Positions 1-13,300 of a stretch of 64,000 bases of DNA are shown here, one piece after another. This DNA comes from Hydrolagus affinis (Eukaryota). Below the pieces are notes generated by a model. It searched no databases. It worked only from the letters and a program-made list of their open reading frames with translations, and was not told the DNA's origin. Within the stretch, counting starts at the first letter, position 1. Each line of letters opens with the position of its first letter. A program made the position numbers and the translations under genes. The stretch is from contig JAAILG010000262.1 of NCBI GenBank assembly GCA_012026655.1, positions 1-64,000 of the forward strand. Reading direction: 5' to 3'.

Positions 1-300
1 GTTAGTTAGTATGTAAAAATTACAAAGTAATCAGTGCAACAATCACAGCTTTCAGCACAACCAAGATATTTAACATAGGTTATAAATTTTAAACTGCCCT
101 GTATTGAAATACAGAAACACACAGTACAGTAATCTTTGAATCGAATTAATTCAATTAATTGAATTGAATTAATTAATATTAGAATTGTTTGGTATCAAAC
201 CAAAAATTGGATAAGCGTCATTGGATGACACTTAATAAGGAACTTGGATTGAAGAGATTAATACTGTATTATTCTGTTTCAGATGACAAAGTGAAGAGAA

Positions 301-356
301 CAAGTCTAGAAGACATGAAAAGCGCTATATCAAATGCAAGGATTATTATTATTATA
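301..356 (+). mobile_element. SINE 3' tail fragment
   Basis: gtctagaagacatgaaaagcgctatatcaaatgcaaggattattatt, the tail shared by the full-length copies. Confidence 0.7.
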
Positions 357-848
357 AAATTAGACAAACAGCTGACCGAGGTTGCTGTAACATCACTAAC
401 TGCTGTGGAGTGGTGGTGAATGTCGCTTCACAGGACAGGAAGAATCCGGAAATTGAACATTAATTTGCAAACTATGGAGAAATCAGATTCCCAGTTCTGG
501 TCAATGTTAACACTTAAAACGTGATCCGTTTGTTCATTAAATCGGATCAATGTAAGAAGGTTACCGTGCAGTTTTCATTTGAATTATTAATTGAAAGGGT
601 TGGTTTATTTGCAGATTAGCTTGAGAAACCTTATTTTTCGTCGATTTGAGTTAGCTGTTTTATAAACAGGATTATGATTTGATTGGTGTAAATTTATTCT
701 GCCTCCTCGTTGGCAAATTGCGTAACATCTTCGTGCAAGTTTATATATGTTCCCTATATATACTGTCCAAGCAAGCGATTCTTTTTACAACTAGGGTTAA
801 GGCTAAACTATCTTATTAACTGTGTTGAAAATAACAAATTGATTGGCA

Positions 849-3800
849 ATGATTGTAGTTGAGGTTTTGTTTCTTTTTGGTATTATTATCTGGGAGTGTT
901 TGACAGCCTTTCTACGTTTTGTAGTTAGGCCACATGAGAAAATAATTGAAGGAGAGATACGTTTGATAACAGGAGCCGGCAGTGGACTCGGACGACTTTT
1001 GGCGCTGGAGTTCGCAAGACAGAAGGCAATTCTGGTATTGTGGGACATCAACACCGACGGCAACGAAGCCACGGTAAGGTGCGTGAGAGACCTGGGAGCA
1101 AAGGCTTATACTTACACCTGCGATGTCAGCAAACGGGACAGTATCTACAAGACATCAGATCTGGTCAAGAAAGAAGTGGGAGACGTGACAATCCTGGTTA
1201 ATAATGCCGGGGTAGCATCCGGGAAACTTTTGCTGGAGTGTCCAGATGCTCTACTGGAAAGGACCATGCTGGTCAACTGTCATGCACATTTCTGGGTAAG
1301 TACTATACACTGGCGAGTCACCATACATTCATCTGCAAAAGTTGCCTGTTTGCTGTAATACAATAATTGTGACCCAGTAATGATCAATATGAATCTGCAT
1401 ATATACTGTACATATTACGTATATAATAAATAATAATTGCATTTGATATACATAGCGCTTTTCGCGTCTTCTAGGCGTCTCAAAGCGCTTCACAGTATAT
1501 ACTGTAAAGTGAATTGACTGTCTATTTGTGGGCGAAACGCGGCGGCCAATTGCGCACAGCAGCGTCCCATAAGCAGATGTGGATTGAAATGACCAATTTG
1601 TTAATTTTTTTTTGGAGGGATTAATATTAGTCGTGTGGAGTAAGGAAACTTACCCAAAGATTCCCCCTGACCTGCCTCAATTCGAATACAGGTCTCACAC
1701 TTGTAAGGCGAGTGCTTTAACCACTGAGCTACAGGACTCCTGCAATACATACAGCATATATATATATACACATATATATATCATCATGGCATTCTAAATT
1801 GCAATGAGAATTTATGTTTTGGCACTTTCCCCTTTCAGGAATTCTTCAACCTGCATTTCAGAATTAAACATCTTGTTGACAACACTGCATTTAGCAAACG
1901 GGATGTGGTTTTAAAGTTTGTTCATACTTTTTTTAAAATATAACTTGAGTACATCACATGCAGTTATTTTAGGGGAATATTAGTTTATTTCTAACAATCA
2001 AGCCTTGTTTGGTAATGGTAATACCAGGAGCTCATGATCTACCATGTGATTTTATGTTATTTTTAAGATTAGTTGAAACCAATCCTCTTATCTGCTCAGA
2101 ATTTTAATTTTTCTATTCTTCACCATTATACAAATTACATCAAAACCCCTCATCAATCTGAACTAAATAGTACTTACATTACAGAAAACCCTCATTATGA
2201 CCCATGTAGAATATTTGATGTAATTGTGATTAATTGGTGAATACGCAAGTGTTTTAATAAGATACACATAAGAGTTTGCATAATCCTTTTGAAAATAGTC
2301 AAGCAACCGACAAATAGTAACAAGATTTAGTCAACATTTCTCCAGTTTATATACTATAACAATATAATCTTATTCTGTTTGTGTACATACAGAATGTAAT
2401 GCCATGAGCAAAGAAACTGAATTTAAGTGGTGCAAAATGTAACTGTTCCTTTTGTTAATGCATTGCATGTTGTGTTGATTTCCAATTAATCTAACAGACA
2501 GTTAAAGCATTTCTTCCGAAGATGATTCAGATGAATCATGGACATATCGTGTCAATAGCGAGTGTTCTGGGGCTGTTCAGTACTGCTTATGTTCAGGTCA
2601 GCACACTTTTTGTTCTTTTGATGTTTCAGGCAGTTTTGGGTGATGGGTGTCAATATTTAAATTCAGTCAATACAAATACATAAACAGTCAATACAAATGT
2701 TCATACCATATCTTAATGTACTGGCTGCATTTACTGCCATTTTTCACTTTAACATTACCGTTCATGAAGTCCAATCCCATGTTAACAGTTTAACTTTCAT
2801 CACGCAAATTTACCCTCCCCTTGATTTTAATAAATACGAGATCAATTCTATCAAACTAACTTTGGTACAAACTTTGCCATTGTTCTTTGAAATGCCCTTT
2901 TCACTAGAGCTGGTCACTGTAAATTCACTGTATTTAGTTGTATTTTTGTATGAAGCAAAGGAGCACAAAGCAACAAAAAAACATAAATTTTTGTTTTTAT
3001 TTTCAGGATTACTGTGCCAGTAAATTTGCTTTGGTAGGATTTCATGAATCATTATCCCATGAACTGAAGGGATGGAATATTGATGGAATAAAGACAACCT
3101 TGGTTTGCCCTTATCTGTCAGATACTGGCATGTTTCGTGGTTATCAAATCTGGTAAAGTTTTTTTAAAAAAAATTCATGAATACTTTTTAATCTGCAATA
3201 TTTATTCAAGTGTTATATTTAAGTCAGGAATAACAATTAATCATAAAAGATTTAAAAAATATAACACAGGTGATTATCCAGAATAAACGTGGAAATAACT
3301 GCCATAAACCGTCATTCAGAAGTGACCAGAATCTGGATAAATCTGGATCTCCAAATTGAGGAGTATCTTTATTTGCCAATGTATGAAGCATACAGTATTT
3401 GTACAATTGTTGAATTTGTTTTTATTGACATAAACTCAAATGCAAGGATTATTATAAACTGATCTCAACGTTTTAAAACAGGAAGGAATTTCAATTCCTT
3501 GCTCCACCTTTAAAGCCAGAGTACTGTGTGAAGGAAGCCATGAGAGCAATCCTTATCAATCAGCGAATGATATGCATTCCAAGGATCATATACTGTGCAG
3601 CAGCCTCAAAGACGTAAGTATCCTGTTCGGAAACTAGCACTATCTATATAAACCACCAGATCTATACACAATGAACCGATTTTAGAAGGTATGATTTGTT
3701 TCATAAGGCATATCGGATTAACAATTAGACAATGAGTTGAAATCAATAGCATTCATTGCTTGAGATATAGGATGGTGCTGGTCTATAATTAACAAAACTT

Positions 3801-4002
3801 GTTCAAATGAATCCCAGTGGTAATCCTGCACCAGCGCCATCAGGAAACCTTGTTCAGCCTATATTAACAAACACTTTTTTTTCCACCCAGCTTTCTACCA
3901 CGAGCCGTGATTTCAGAGATGTACAGATTTCTTGGCATAGACAAGTGCATGTATTCATTTGTGAATTCAAATAACCAAGCTACTGGAAGCAAAAAGAAAT
4001 GA
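849..4002 (+). CDS. RDH10-like short-chain dehydrogenase/reductase (SDR16C retinol dehydrogenase), 5 coding exons, 311 aa
   Basis: Exons 849-1295, 2498-2596, 3007-3152, 3482-3613, 3891-4002 (936 nt, all GT-AG, in frame, TGA 4000-4002). Hydrophobic N-terminal anchor, [16 protein letters not shown], catalytic YCASK. Segments [30 protein letters not shown] and MYRFLG.DKCMY match RDH10 as recalled. Lacks the RDH10 insert, so probably a paralog; symbol left blank. Confidence 0.93.
1426..1740 (-). mobile_element. Full-length tRNA-derived SINE (young family)
   Basis: Head GGAGTCCTGTAGCTCAGTGGTTAAAGC (A box) and TTCGAAT (B box), body gctgtgcgcaattggccgccgcgtttcgcccac, tail aagcgctttgagacg...aaatgcaa(tta)n. 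Closely similar to 8352-8662 and 16957-17274. Confidence 0.9.
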
Positions 4003-4085
4003 CGTGGCACCGGAATCAAGAAAGAAATTCTGAAGACTTAAATATTAATGTTCCTGGCTCAATTTTCATGTAATTTCCTTTGAAA

Positions 4086-4091
4086 AATAAA
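4086..4091 (+). terminator. Candidate polyadenylation signal of the RDH10-like gene
   Basis: AATAAA about 85 nt after the stop codon. Confidence 0.5.
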
Positions 4092-4142
4092 CTCTGTACT
4101 AATACGCATGTTCCCATTGTCAAACATTACAATTCAATGTGA

Positions 4143-4440
4143 TAATAATAATCCTTGCATTTGATATAGCACCTTATCACGTCTTCGAGACGTCTCAAAG
4201 CGCTTCACAGGATGCACTGCAAAGTGAATTGATTGTATGTTTCGTGGGCAAAACGTGGCAGCCAATTGTGCACAGCAGTGTCCCACAAACAGTAGTGGAT
4301 TGAGTGACCAAATTACAGTACTTTAAATGAAATTAATATCCTTGTGAAAGTGAACTGCCAATTGACTAATAACCAGGTTCCTACTTACTGCTAAGTAAAC
4401 AAGAGGTAAATTTCACGCAAATAAGCAGGAAACCTCAGAT
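4143..4440 (-). mobile_element. SINE, longer variant with an extra central segment
   Basis: Standard 3' half (4143-4315) plus tgtttacttagcagtaagtaggaacctgg, a segment shared with the copy at 52174-52440. Confidence 0.7.
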
Positions 4441-7385
4441 TCTGAGGACAAGGCAATATTGTATTCATATTTCGTGGAAATGCATTAATATGGACAGATC
4501 ATCGACTGGCCTATTTTGCTCATTAGAGATTATGGGCACGGTTTCAAATAAGACAAAGAGTGAGTGTGTCGTGAATATGGAGTTTCCAGATTGCTGATGT
4601 CTACATGGCAATGTTCTATTGTACAGAAACTGCTGAACTTAAATGGGAGGAAATTAACAGTGTGAAAGGAGACAATGGTGCTAAAATGGCACATTAAAAT
4701 CAGGAGTAAGACTTGAGTGTAAGAGTTGCCAAAAAGGAAGCTAATGTGTAGGTAGATGTCAGACAAACAGATTGCTGCAGAATATAAATCTATTGCACGA
4801 CTGAAATCAACTGTCGTGACCAGCATTTGAGGATTCATTGGACAAAATGAGTTTCCAGTTTCACAACTGGCATTAACAAGCCATTACTACCTCAAAGCTC
4901 ATGCAGAGATTGAAGATAAGACCTTAAATCTTCTCGTGATCAATATCCATGAACCTACCTCAGCAAAGAGCACGTGCGCAACCTGATCTTTTGAAAGTTT
5001 ATGGCAAGACTTTGCCTGACAATAACATCAAAATGAAGTTCATCCCAAGATTCAGCTGCATCAGAAACAATTTAGCAGCTATAATCCTATGACCTGTGTC
5101 GTGAAATGCAAGCCTACAGTATTTACAACATTCAGGCACACAAATGTTTCATTTGCTAGAACCTGAATGATAACTTCTGGATTATCACAGGACACCTAAT
5201 CACAATAATAGTTTTTAAAGCAAGCTTTTGGTTTATGTAAGAGTCAAGTACATTCACGAAAGCAACTTACCTCTCTCTCTAATAGATTCAAATAAGAAGT
5301 TGCTTACATTACCAGACATTTCACCCTTGGCAGCAATCGTTTCATTTGACACAGCGCATCATCACGTCTTCCAAAACAAATACGCAATTATACTGCAGCT
5401 AATGTTTCCTTGGCCTTGGTTCAAGTTGTGTCCATTAAAGCTGGATTGATGGAAAAGGTGCACTTCTCCAGTTTGTTGGAACAAAAAAAAACATTGAGCA
5501 AAATAGGCTCCAGCAAACGGGGAAACTCAACATCAGGAGCTGAATTGGAAATTCTACTCAATTAAATGAATGGCTTTTTGTAGGTATGCACCAGTACATC
5601 CCGCTATAATCACTCTAAATATCCCATAGGTGAAGAAATTCCAATAAAGTGCAACTTCTGTTAACATTTTGGGGGGTTTAAAAAAACGTTTGGCCTTGCA
5701 GGCTTTCCAAGCACACTTAAACATTCACAATGCTTGGTGACTAAACAGTTGAGTTTCAACTTTTACTTTTCAGCACGAACATCTGGATCAAAGATGGTGT
5801 CGCAGCAAGTTTTGAAAAAGTTGAAATGGACCAATAAAAAATTAAATATATTAAAGATCTGAAGATTAATTACCTTTCGTAACTTTAATGTTTGCTTCAC
5901 ATTAAAATTCTGAACACCTTGCTGAAAATTGTCCAAATGTGACTATCAAATGCCATACATTTGTCAGACCATTACACCAGTATAAATTTTTTATACACAC
6001 ACACACTCACACAAGGTTATTATACCTTGTACAGTGAAGAATTATAGCACCTTTTCGTTTGGGCCAAGGCTTTTTAAGCTAAAATATTACTGGAATGTTT
6101 AGCACTTTCAGGAGCTTTACATATTAACTTCTATTCAAATTTAATACTGTACTGAATGCACACAGAAGTTGCAGAGTTGCTTGGAGCCCCGATTGTAAAA
6201 ATGTTACACCCCACAAATGGAAAGGAAAGTCCAGCACCAACAACGTTTTTTTTGTTGTTGTTGCACATAGCAGTTCTGAAACAAGAATCAGCATTTCGTC
6301 TTTAGTGTCAACTCCTTTAATTCTGCCTCATGTTAATAAAATGTTATGCTAAAATAGCCACCAGTACTTTTGCACAAACACCAATTTTTTTTTTTTTTTA
6401 CTTCTCCATTCCATACGTACAGTACATGGGGAGAAAAAGTCCAAAAGTAAAGTAACAATTTGTCGACGTCGTAATGCAACTTGGCAAGGGTTTCGTGCTT
6501 TACTTGAACCAGAGGCAAAAAAGTTTACTGTACACACTTTGTGTACATCACATGGAACATTACATCAAAGCATTAAGTACAACACAACATCTTACATTTT
6601 ACCCTACACCGAAATGTACAGTAATCTGCAGGTTTCTGGTAGAAGCTAAGTAACAGATCATATCCAACCGTGTAATTCTTGTGCACCTTTGAAAATTAAA
6701 AACAAGTTTCATATAAAAACAAAACCTATTCTTTTAGAGTTACCAAGTTTACATACAAAAAAAACTTTTAGATCAAGAAAGAAACAAACAATCTAGAAGA
6801 CTCAACATTTGTACTTGATACTTTCTTCCAAAGAGGGAGGGGGAAAAAAAAAGCAACTTACTCAACTTGACTAAATTTTTTTTTAGTCGTAATTCATTTT
6901 GAGATATACAACAGAATTATGAAAATAGAGGCACACTACATTTTAAATAATCACTAACATCAGGTTTGCAAACCAAACTAGTTAATATTTCTAATGGCCA
7001 ATTCAAACAGAAACCAAATCATGAACTACATATGTTGGATATGATCCGGTTTTTGTTAAGTGATCAAAAACATTAGCAATCTTTCAAATCATCACGTGAT
7101 GTACTATAGGAGAGGCATCAACAGAAATTCTAAAAAATTTTGCTGTCGGGAGGTTGGGTGTGAACAAGGTTCCAATGAAAAAAATATGAACGATTTCCTT
7201 CGTCAAAAAAAAATGAATTAATGTTGAAATGCGTTGCTATTTTTAAAAAGGTAAGCAACTTAATGGTTTAGATACTACAGCGAGATTCAAACTGTAAGTG
7301 TCTAAAACAGAAGTTACAATGTCACAGAACAGGAAGCATCCGATTTTTTTCTGGTGCTTGGAGCTTTGGGATCAATAAAAGGCTT

Positions 7386-10300
7386 TCAGTCAATGACATC
7401 CAAGGTTTGTCCTAAAGTGTTTGAGTTAGCCGGTTTGATGAAAGGGTCGCCGTCAATTTCTTGTTTAACACATCTAAAAAGAACAAGAACCCGTGAACAT
7501 TTATCAACTGCTTGGGCAAAAGAGATGCCTGTCACAACACTCACAGTGCATTTTAAATCCGGCAGATCGCAACTACAGGTTTTTAGAAGGCGTACTGTAC
7601 CGATCCTGGTCCATGATTCAAAACTCTTACAAAGAATAGCCTGGAATTATTTCACATGTGGTAGAGATATCAAATCAATATTGTACGGGAAAGGCTGACT
7701 TATTGCCACAAAGGGCTTATTTGATAGAACAGCAAAAGCCTGTTTATCCGGCACCCTCAGGACCTGGCCAATGCCGGTTAACGCGCTTGCCGAATATTCG
7801 GCCGAAAATGACAAAAAAAAAAAAAAAAAAAATTAAAAATGCATTTTTCCGGATAAATTCCTGTTAATCGAATGCGGACTTTTTTTTTGATGGGCCGGTT
7901 ATACAGAAGTTACAGTTGAACGGGTGCCGGATAAACGGGCTTTTACTGTAACAAGTTTCAGAGCTTTTTGAAGTGCTTTTCTTCAGAACTCCCGCTCTAG
8001 GCTCTGTGAGCCTATCACCCCCATTTTCCCAGGTCCCCAGGCTCCCCAACCCTCAAGAGAATTGAGCTCAAGATCCTCATCCTCATTTTCAAAACCCTCG
8101 ATTGGCTGATCCTATCTACGCCATCTTCTGAAACCCTACCTGTTACCTCCGCCTAGCAGGTACTGACCTGCGTCATGTACCCCGCCCCCCCACCATTGGC
8201 AGTGAGGCTTTCAGCTCCCTCCATTCTCTGGAACTCCCTTAGCTCGCCCTCCTTCAGGCCTTCATCAGTCTGGGCTGAATTCATAGCCAAGTAAAAAGAT
8301 CTTCTAGTTCACCCCAATCAAAGAGTTCCCTTCAAAGTAATATATAATGTAAATAATCCTTGCATTTGATACAGCATTTTTCACATCTTCTAGATGTCTC
8401 AAAGCGCTTCACAGAATATACTGTAAAGTGAACTGACTGTATATTTGTGGGTGAAACGCGGCAGCCAATTGCGCACAGCAGCGTCCCCACAAACAGTTGT
8501 GGATTGAAATGACCAATTTATTCTAGGTTTTTTTTGGGACGGATTATCATCAGGCGTGTGGAGAAAGGAAACTTGCCCCCAAGTTTCGCCCTGACTTGCC
8601 TGGATTCGAAACACTGGTCTCACACTTGCAAGGCGAGTGCTCTAACCACCGAGCTACAGGAGCTACAGTAGAAGCTTAATGAAAAAAATGATAACACATA
8701 CTTACAAAGCAATTGGTCCATTCCCTGTTCTTGATATTTCTACATTGTGTTGGTCCAGCTCAGACAACAATTTTAAGATATTTAGTGCAGCCTAGAAGGG
8801 AGAAGACAATTAGTGGTGGCTCACTTCTCGTTCGTCTCAGATCAAGGCTCGTCTTTTATCAACTAAAATTAGAGCAATATTCAAGTCATTTCTATAAGAT
8901 AATACGACACAAAAAGGAACAATCATACCATATCATGACAGGATTCCACATCTTTTCCAATCCCATGGCTCATCAGGGGAGGTTGGGACGTACAGTCTAT
9001 CAGTGACACAAACTCATTTTTATTGTTTTTTGGAAAGTCTTTATATTCAACCTGAAAATTAAAAAAAAAAACACTTGTGTCTGTAATTCAGATTGTTAAA
9101 ATACTGACAAAATAGACAATAAGATTCATGTGGCTCAAGACAGTTAGCGGTACAAATATTACACCTACGCTACTTTATCAAAGTCATCACAAGGGGGCGG
9201 CAATAATAATCCTTGCATTTGACATCTCAAAGCACTTCAGTGATTTTGATAGGAAACTGAACATGATTGTGGGCATAAGTTCAAGCGCTCTGGGACTCTA
9301 CCTCGGGTGATGGCGCTATATAAATACAAGTTATTTTTGTACTCCTTAAGCGATTAACTGATTTACAAAGATAAGACTCATGCGGGTTTGGCTGTAATTC
9401 TCTCTTTTTTAAAAAATAAAAAAACACTTTTTTTTTCCAAAGCCATTTTGATTAAATGCTGTCATTCTTCCAACATGTGGAGCCCTGTGGTTAGAGCACT
9501 TGCCTTACAACCTTAGGCAAGTTTCCTTACTCCACACGCCTAATAATAATAATCCCTCAAAAGTTTTTTTTAACAAAAATTATATTGGTCATTTCAATCC
9601 ACCAATGTTTGCTGGACACTGCTGTGCACGTTTGGCTGCCGTGTTTCGCCCACAAATATAGTTTATTCTGTGAAGCGCTTTGAGACACAGTCTAGAAGAC
9701 GTGAAAAGCGATCTATCAAATGCCAGGATTATTATTATTATCTTATCCTTTTTTTCTCTCAAAAAAAAACAGAGGAGCTATCTTACCTGTAACTCCTGGA
9801 CACTAGCCAGGAACTCCAACTGTTCAGAAGGCCTGGCAAGGGCGCTGTGCAGCAGATGTGGCTTCCGGGCTGTGGGGTTAATCTTCAAAATAGCTTCGGC
9901 CGTTGGGGAAGTGCCGCTGTATAGCAGTTCTCTTGCGATCAAGGCAGTGACTGTGGCCATCGCCGGGTTCGCGACCGGACGGTTGAAATCTTTGGTGTGG
10001 TGCCCGTGAATAGCTCCGACAGCCTGAGCCACTTCGGGAACCATGGGGAGGATTCCAGCCGGCAGCTGCTGGTGGCTGGAATAAGGCATCCGGAATTCAT
10101 CTTCCAGACGCAGGTTCCCATCTTTATTACCTGAAATATATACAGCGTACATATAAATATTATTTATATATATTTAAAAAAACGTAAGTCGGAGCCGCTT
10201 TTATGGACGCTGAATCTTAAAAACTATCGTATCGCACGGAATCCTTAGATGTGCACATGTTTTAAAAAGCTTGCGCAACCCATTTAAGAGTATATTTTGT

Positions 10301-13300
10301 CCACGAAAATATACAGCCACAACCACTTTGCAGTATATTCTGTGAAGCACTTTGAGATGTCTCAACAACATGATAGGGTGCTATATCAAAAATTATTATT
10401 ATTATTATAAAGCATGGATCAAGAAAAGTCAGTTTAGGACACTCCAATCGTGGATCGCACATAATCCAACTGCCAATAAACTTCGCACATTCAATTAACG
10501 TCATGAGTGGAGGAGATCTTAAAAAAAATTACAACTGAATATCTATCTTATTATCTATCAATAATAAGTCTCAAATGGGAAGAGTCACATTTTGCTCTTA
10601 CACTCGCCCTGGAAAACTAGTGGCCTTGGCAATCACTTAGAAGGAAAATCCAAAGCAAAGTAGCACAACTACAGAAATAATGCAGAATGGTCATGAATGC
10701 CCTCACCCACCACATTGTAACAATAATAATAACCCTTCCATTTGATATTGTGCCACATCACATTGTTGAGACATCTCAAAGTGCTTCACAGAATACACCG
10801 TGAAGCGCAGTGACTGTGCATTTTGTGGGTGAAATACGATTCAACTTCTCTTAAACAATGCGTCGTCTGCATACCTGCTATTGTGTCTTCTCCCGAGGAA
10901 CCAGGTTCAAAGAAGGTCACTTTTCGACCTTTGGTAGGTTCTTTCATGGTTGGCTTCAGAGTAAAATGGAAATTCAAACGTTAGAATTGAAAAAACAAGC
11001 GAGAACTCCGATTAAATCTGAGGAACGAGGATGGCAAGAGAGAAAATAAAAATCCTGTTTACCTTTTCCTCGGTTTTCAACGCTGGTTTAGGCGGTTGGG
11101 GCTGAGGAACTTTATAACCTAGGAGCTCCAGCATCTTCTCAGCAGCGTTCCTTTTTGCAACCTTTTTATTTGGACCCGTTCCCTCTGACACCTGATTGCC
11201 AACTTTAACCTAGACAGCGGAACACACTTTCGGTTATTCAGGATTGCACTTTTTAGAACTGATACGTAAACAATGAAATTATGCAACAGTTCTCACCCTC
11301 ATAACAAATTCCCTTAGGCGAGGAAGACCTCGTTCTACCATTAAAGTATATTCAGGCTCCTTTTCCTTTTTTGCTTGCTGAATTTGAGCCAGACGGCTGA
11401 TTGGATTCATTCCTTGCCCATACTCTGGACTTGTCTGTAGCTTAAAAAATAAAAAGATGCAAGCTCAGCATTTCAGCACTTTCAATTTAAGCCAACAGGC
11501 AGGACTAAATTGGTGCAGTTTTTTTTTTGTTTTATGGCCAAATAGTTTTGTGTAACAAACACAGAAGGACCCCCTCTAGATTTGTTTTTTTTTAGTGCTG
11601 AATCTTGCAATTTTCTAAAGAATCGCTTGTAATCTTTACATACAATTCTGCCAATGTTGCTCACAAATTACATAAGAGCAGCCTGGTCTTTTAATTGATC
11701 TCCGTGTGAGAGCATCTATTTATCATCCCACCGCTAGAGCTAAAGTTGGGAATGGACTATGGCATAACCTCAGAGCACTAACACCCAGTGACTCCCAGCT
11801 TTTAATTAGGATGCTTCACACTTTCATTTCCATGGTAAACAGACAAGACTAATAATTAACAGGGCAAATGTTACTGTTTAGAACCAGAATATATTTTGAT
11901 CATCTTGATAGACCACTCAAATTGAGGCTAAATTTAATGAGGACGCACAAATTCACAAAAGAAAAAAAAAGGATGGGAACTGGGTGGTAGCTTGTAGTAT
12001 GCCAAAACTTCCGTGTTGTAGTTTGATTACTTTACAACAAATACTTCAAACATTCTGGAACCTTATATGGCCATAGAATTCAGATCCTGCAAACATTTCA
12101 GTTAATCAGGAGTGTGGTACCTGAACATGAGCAATGTTCAAATACTCTAGGATCAGTCAGTACAAACAATTCAATCACAGAGAAGCACAGACATGAAAAC
12201 AAAAATAAAGATGTCTGACAAATTCAGCCAAATTGGAAGCAGTTGGCCTTGAAAAAACAATTTCATTTTCTCAAATGAATGAGAGAAGTGGCAATGAATG
12301 TTTTGTTCAGTAATGAAAGAACCTACCTCTGGTGCTTTCCTTGGCGGGCTCTGAAACAGTACCTGTCCAATGACTTCAAGTTGATTCCAGCAATTTAAAC
12401 AAGTTTTACTGCTGGGACTTATCGTGTACATTTAGGAACCAATATGTTCATGAAGGATCGGAAAATGTTCCTTTTTTTAATATATAAAAAAAAGAGCATT
12501 CGAAGTCTCGTATTGAATCGACACCATGCCAGCTTCCACACGATGATTTAGGATTTTTACTCTTTCCCAACTCAAAAGTTGTAACTAGACAGGCAATTTC
12601 GTTTAAGCGATCTGAGACGCTGTCCACTATATAAATCCAAGTTGTTGTTGTTGTTTTTAAGTCCGGAACAAACATTTGAAGTCAGTACTATAGAAATTAC
12701 TTGATAGATCCTTTTTGATTCATACTGGATAACTATATACAGTATTATTTGGATAACCATTATGGCTATGTACTTCTATGAAGTAACCAACATAGCATGA
12801 AAGACAAGGCCAAAATCACTCAGGAAACAATCATAGCGATTTTACTACTAAACGTCGTAAGATTTTTTGGCCCTAGTTCAGCTCCATCAATTCAGTGAAG
12901 TCTTGGTTCGAACAACGGATTATTTTCACTCCAAGCGATTACACACCTTTACTATTGATTTGGTTTTCTTTTTTATACGCGGTTTCACTTTTTCTAGAGT
13001 AGGTAGTGGTGGTAGTTTCTTGAGTTCCTCGAGAACAGCTATTGCTGCGATTTTCTTGGAAATTTTCTTACTCTTCCCTTCTCCTTCGGCTGAAAATTCT
13101 CCAACCATTACCTTGGTTACAAAACTCTTCATGTGCGGAGGGCCAGTCTCTTTTATTACCTGAAATTCACAAGGAAAGAAAAATGATACAACATTCACAA
13201 CCGGGGATATTGAACTTGTTTAGAATTAGCTTCCTCCTCCTTCCTCCCATGAGGAAAATATTCTCTAAAACAAGCAGAGAGAATTTTCTAAAGAACGACA

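Noticed and set aside
139-186. AATT-rich palindromic stretch
   Set aside because: Low-complexity slippage sequence.
1660-1740. tRNA-like sequences (also near 8590-8662, 17200-17274, 23800-23871, 43550-43608)
   Set aside because: They are SINE heads, each continuous with SINE body and tail and with a degenerate cloverleaf.
3985-4002. C-terminal GSKKK of the RDH10-like protein as a dilysine ER retrieval signal
   Set aside because: Lysines are at -1, -2 and -3, which does not fit KKxx or KxKxx.
7090-7101. 12-bp palindrome CATCACGTGATG and a TGATGA box in the STAU1 3'UTR (snoRNA or E-box)
   Set aside because: Exonic location, no convincing D box or terminal stem; a single short palindrome can arise by chance.
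13160-13200. Equivalent of the rodent Stau1i acceptor (18-nt insertion in dsRBD3)
   Set aside because: No AG 18 nt upstream of the acceptor at 13159.
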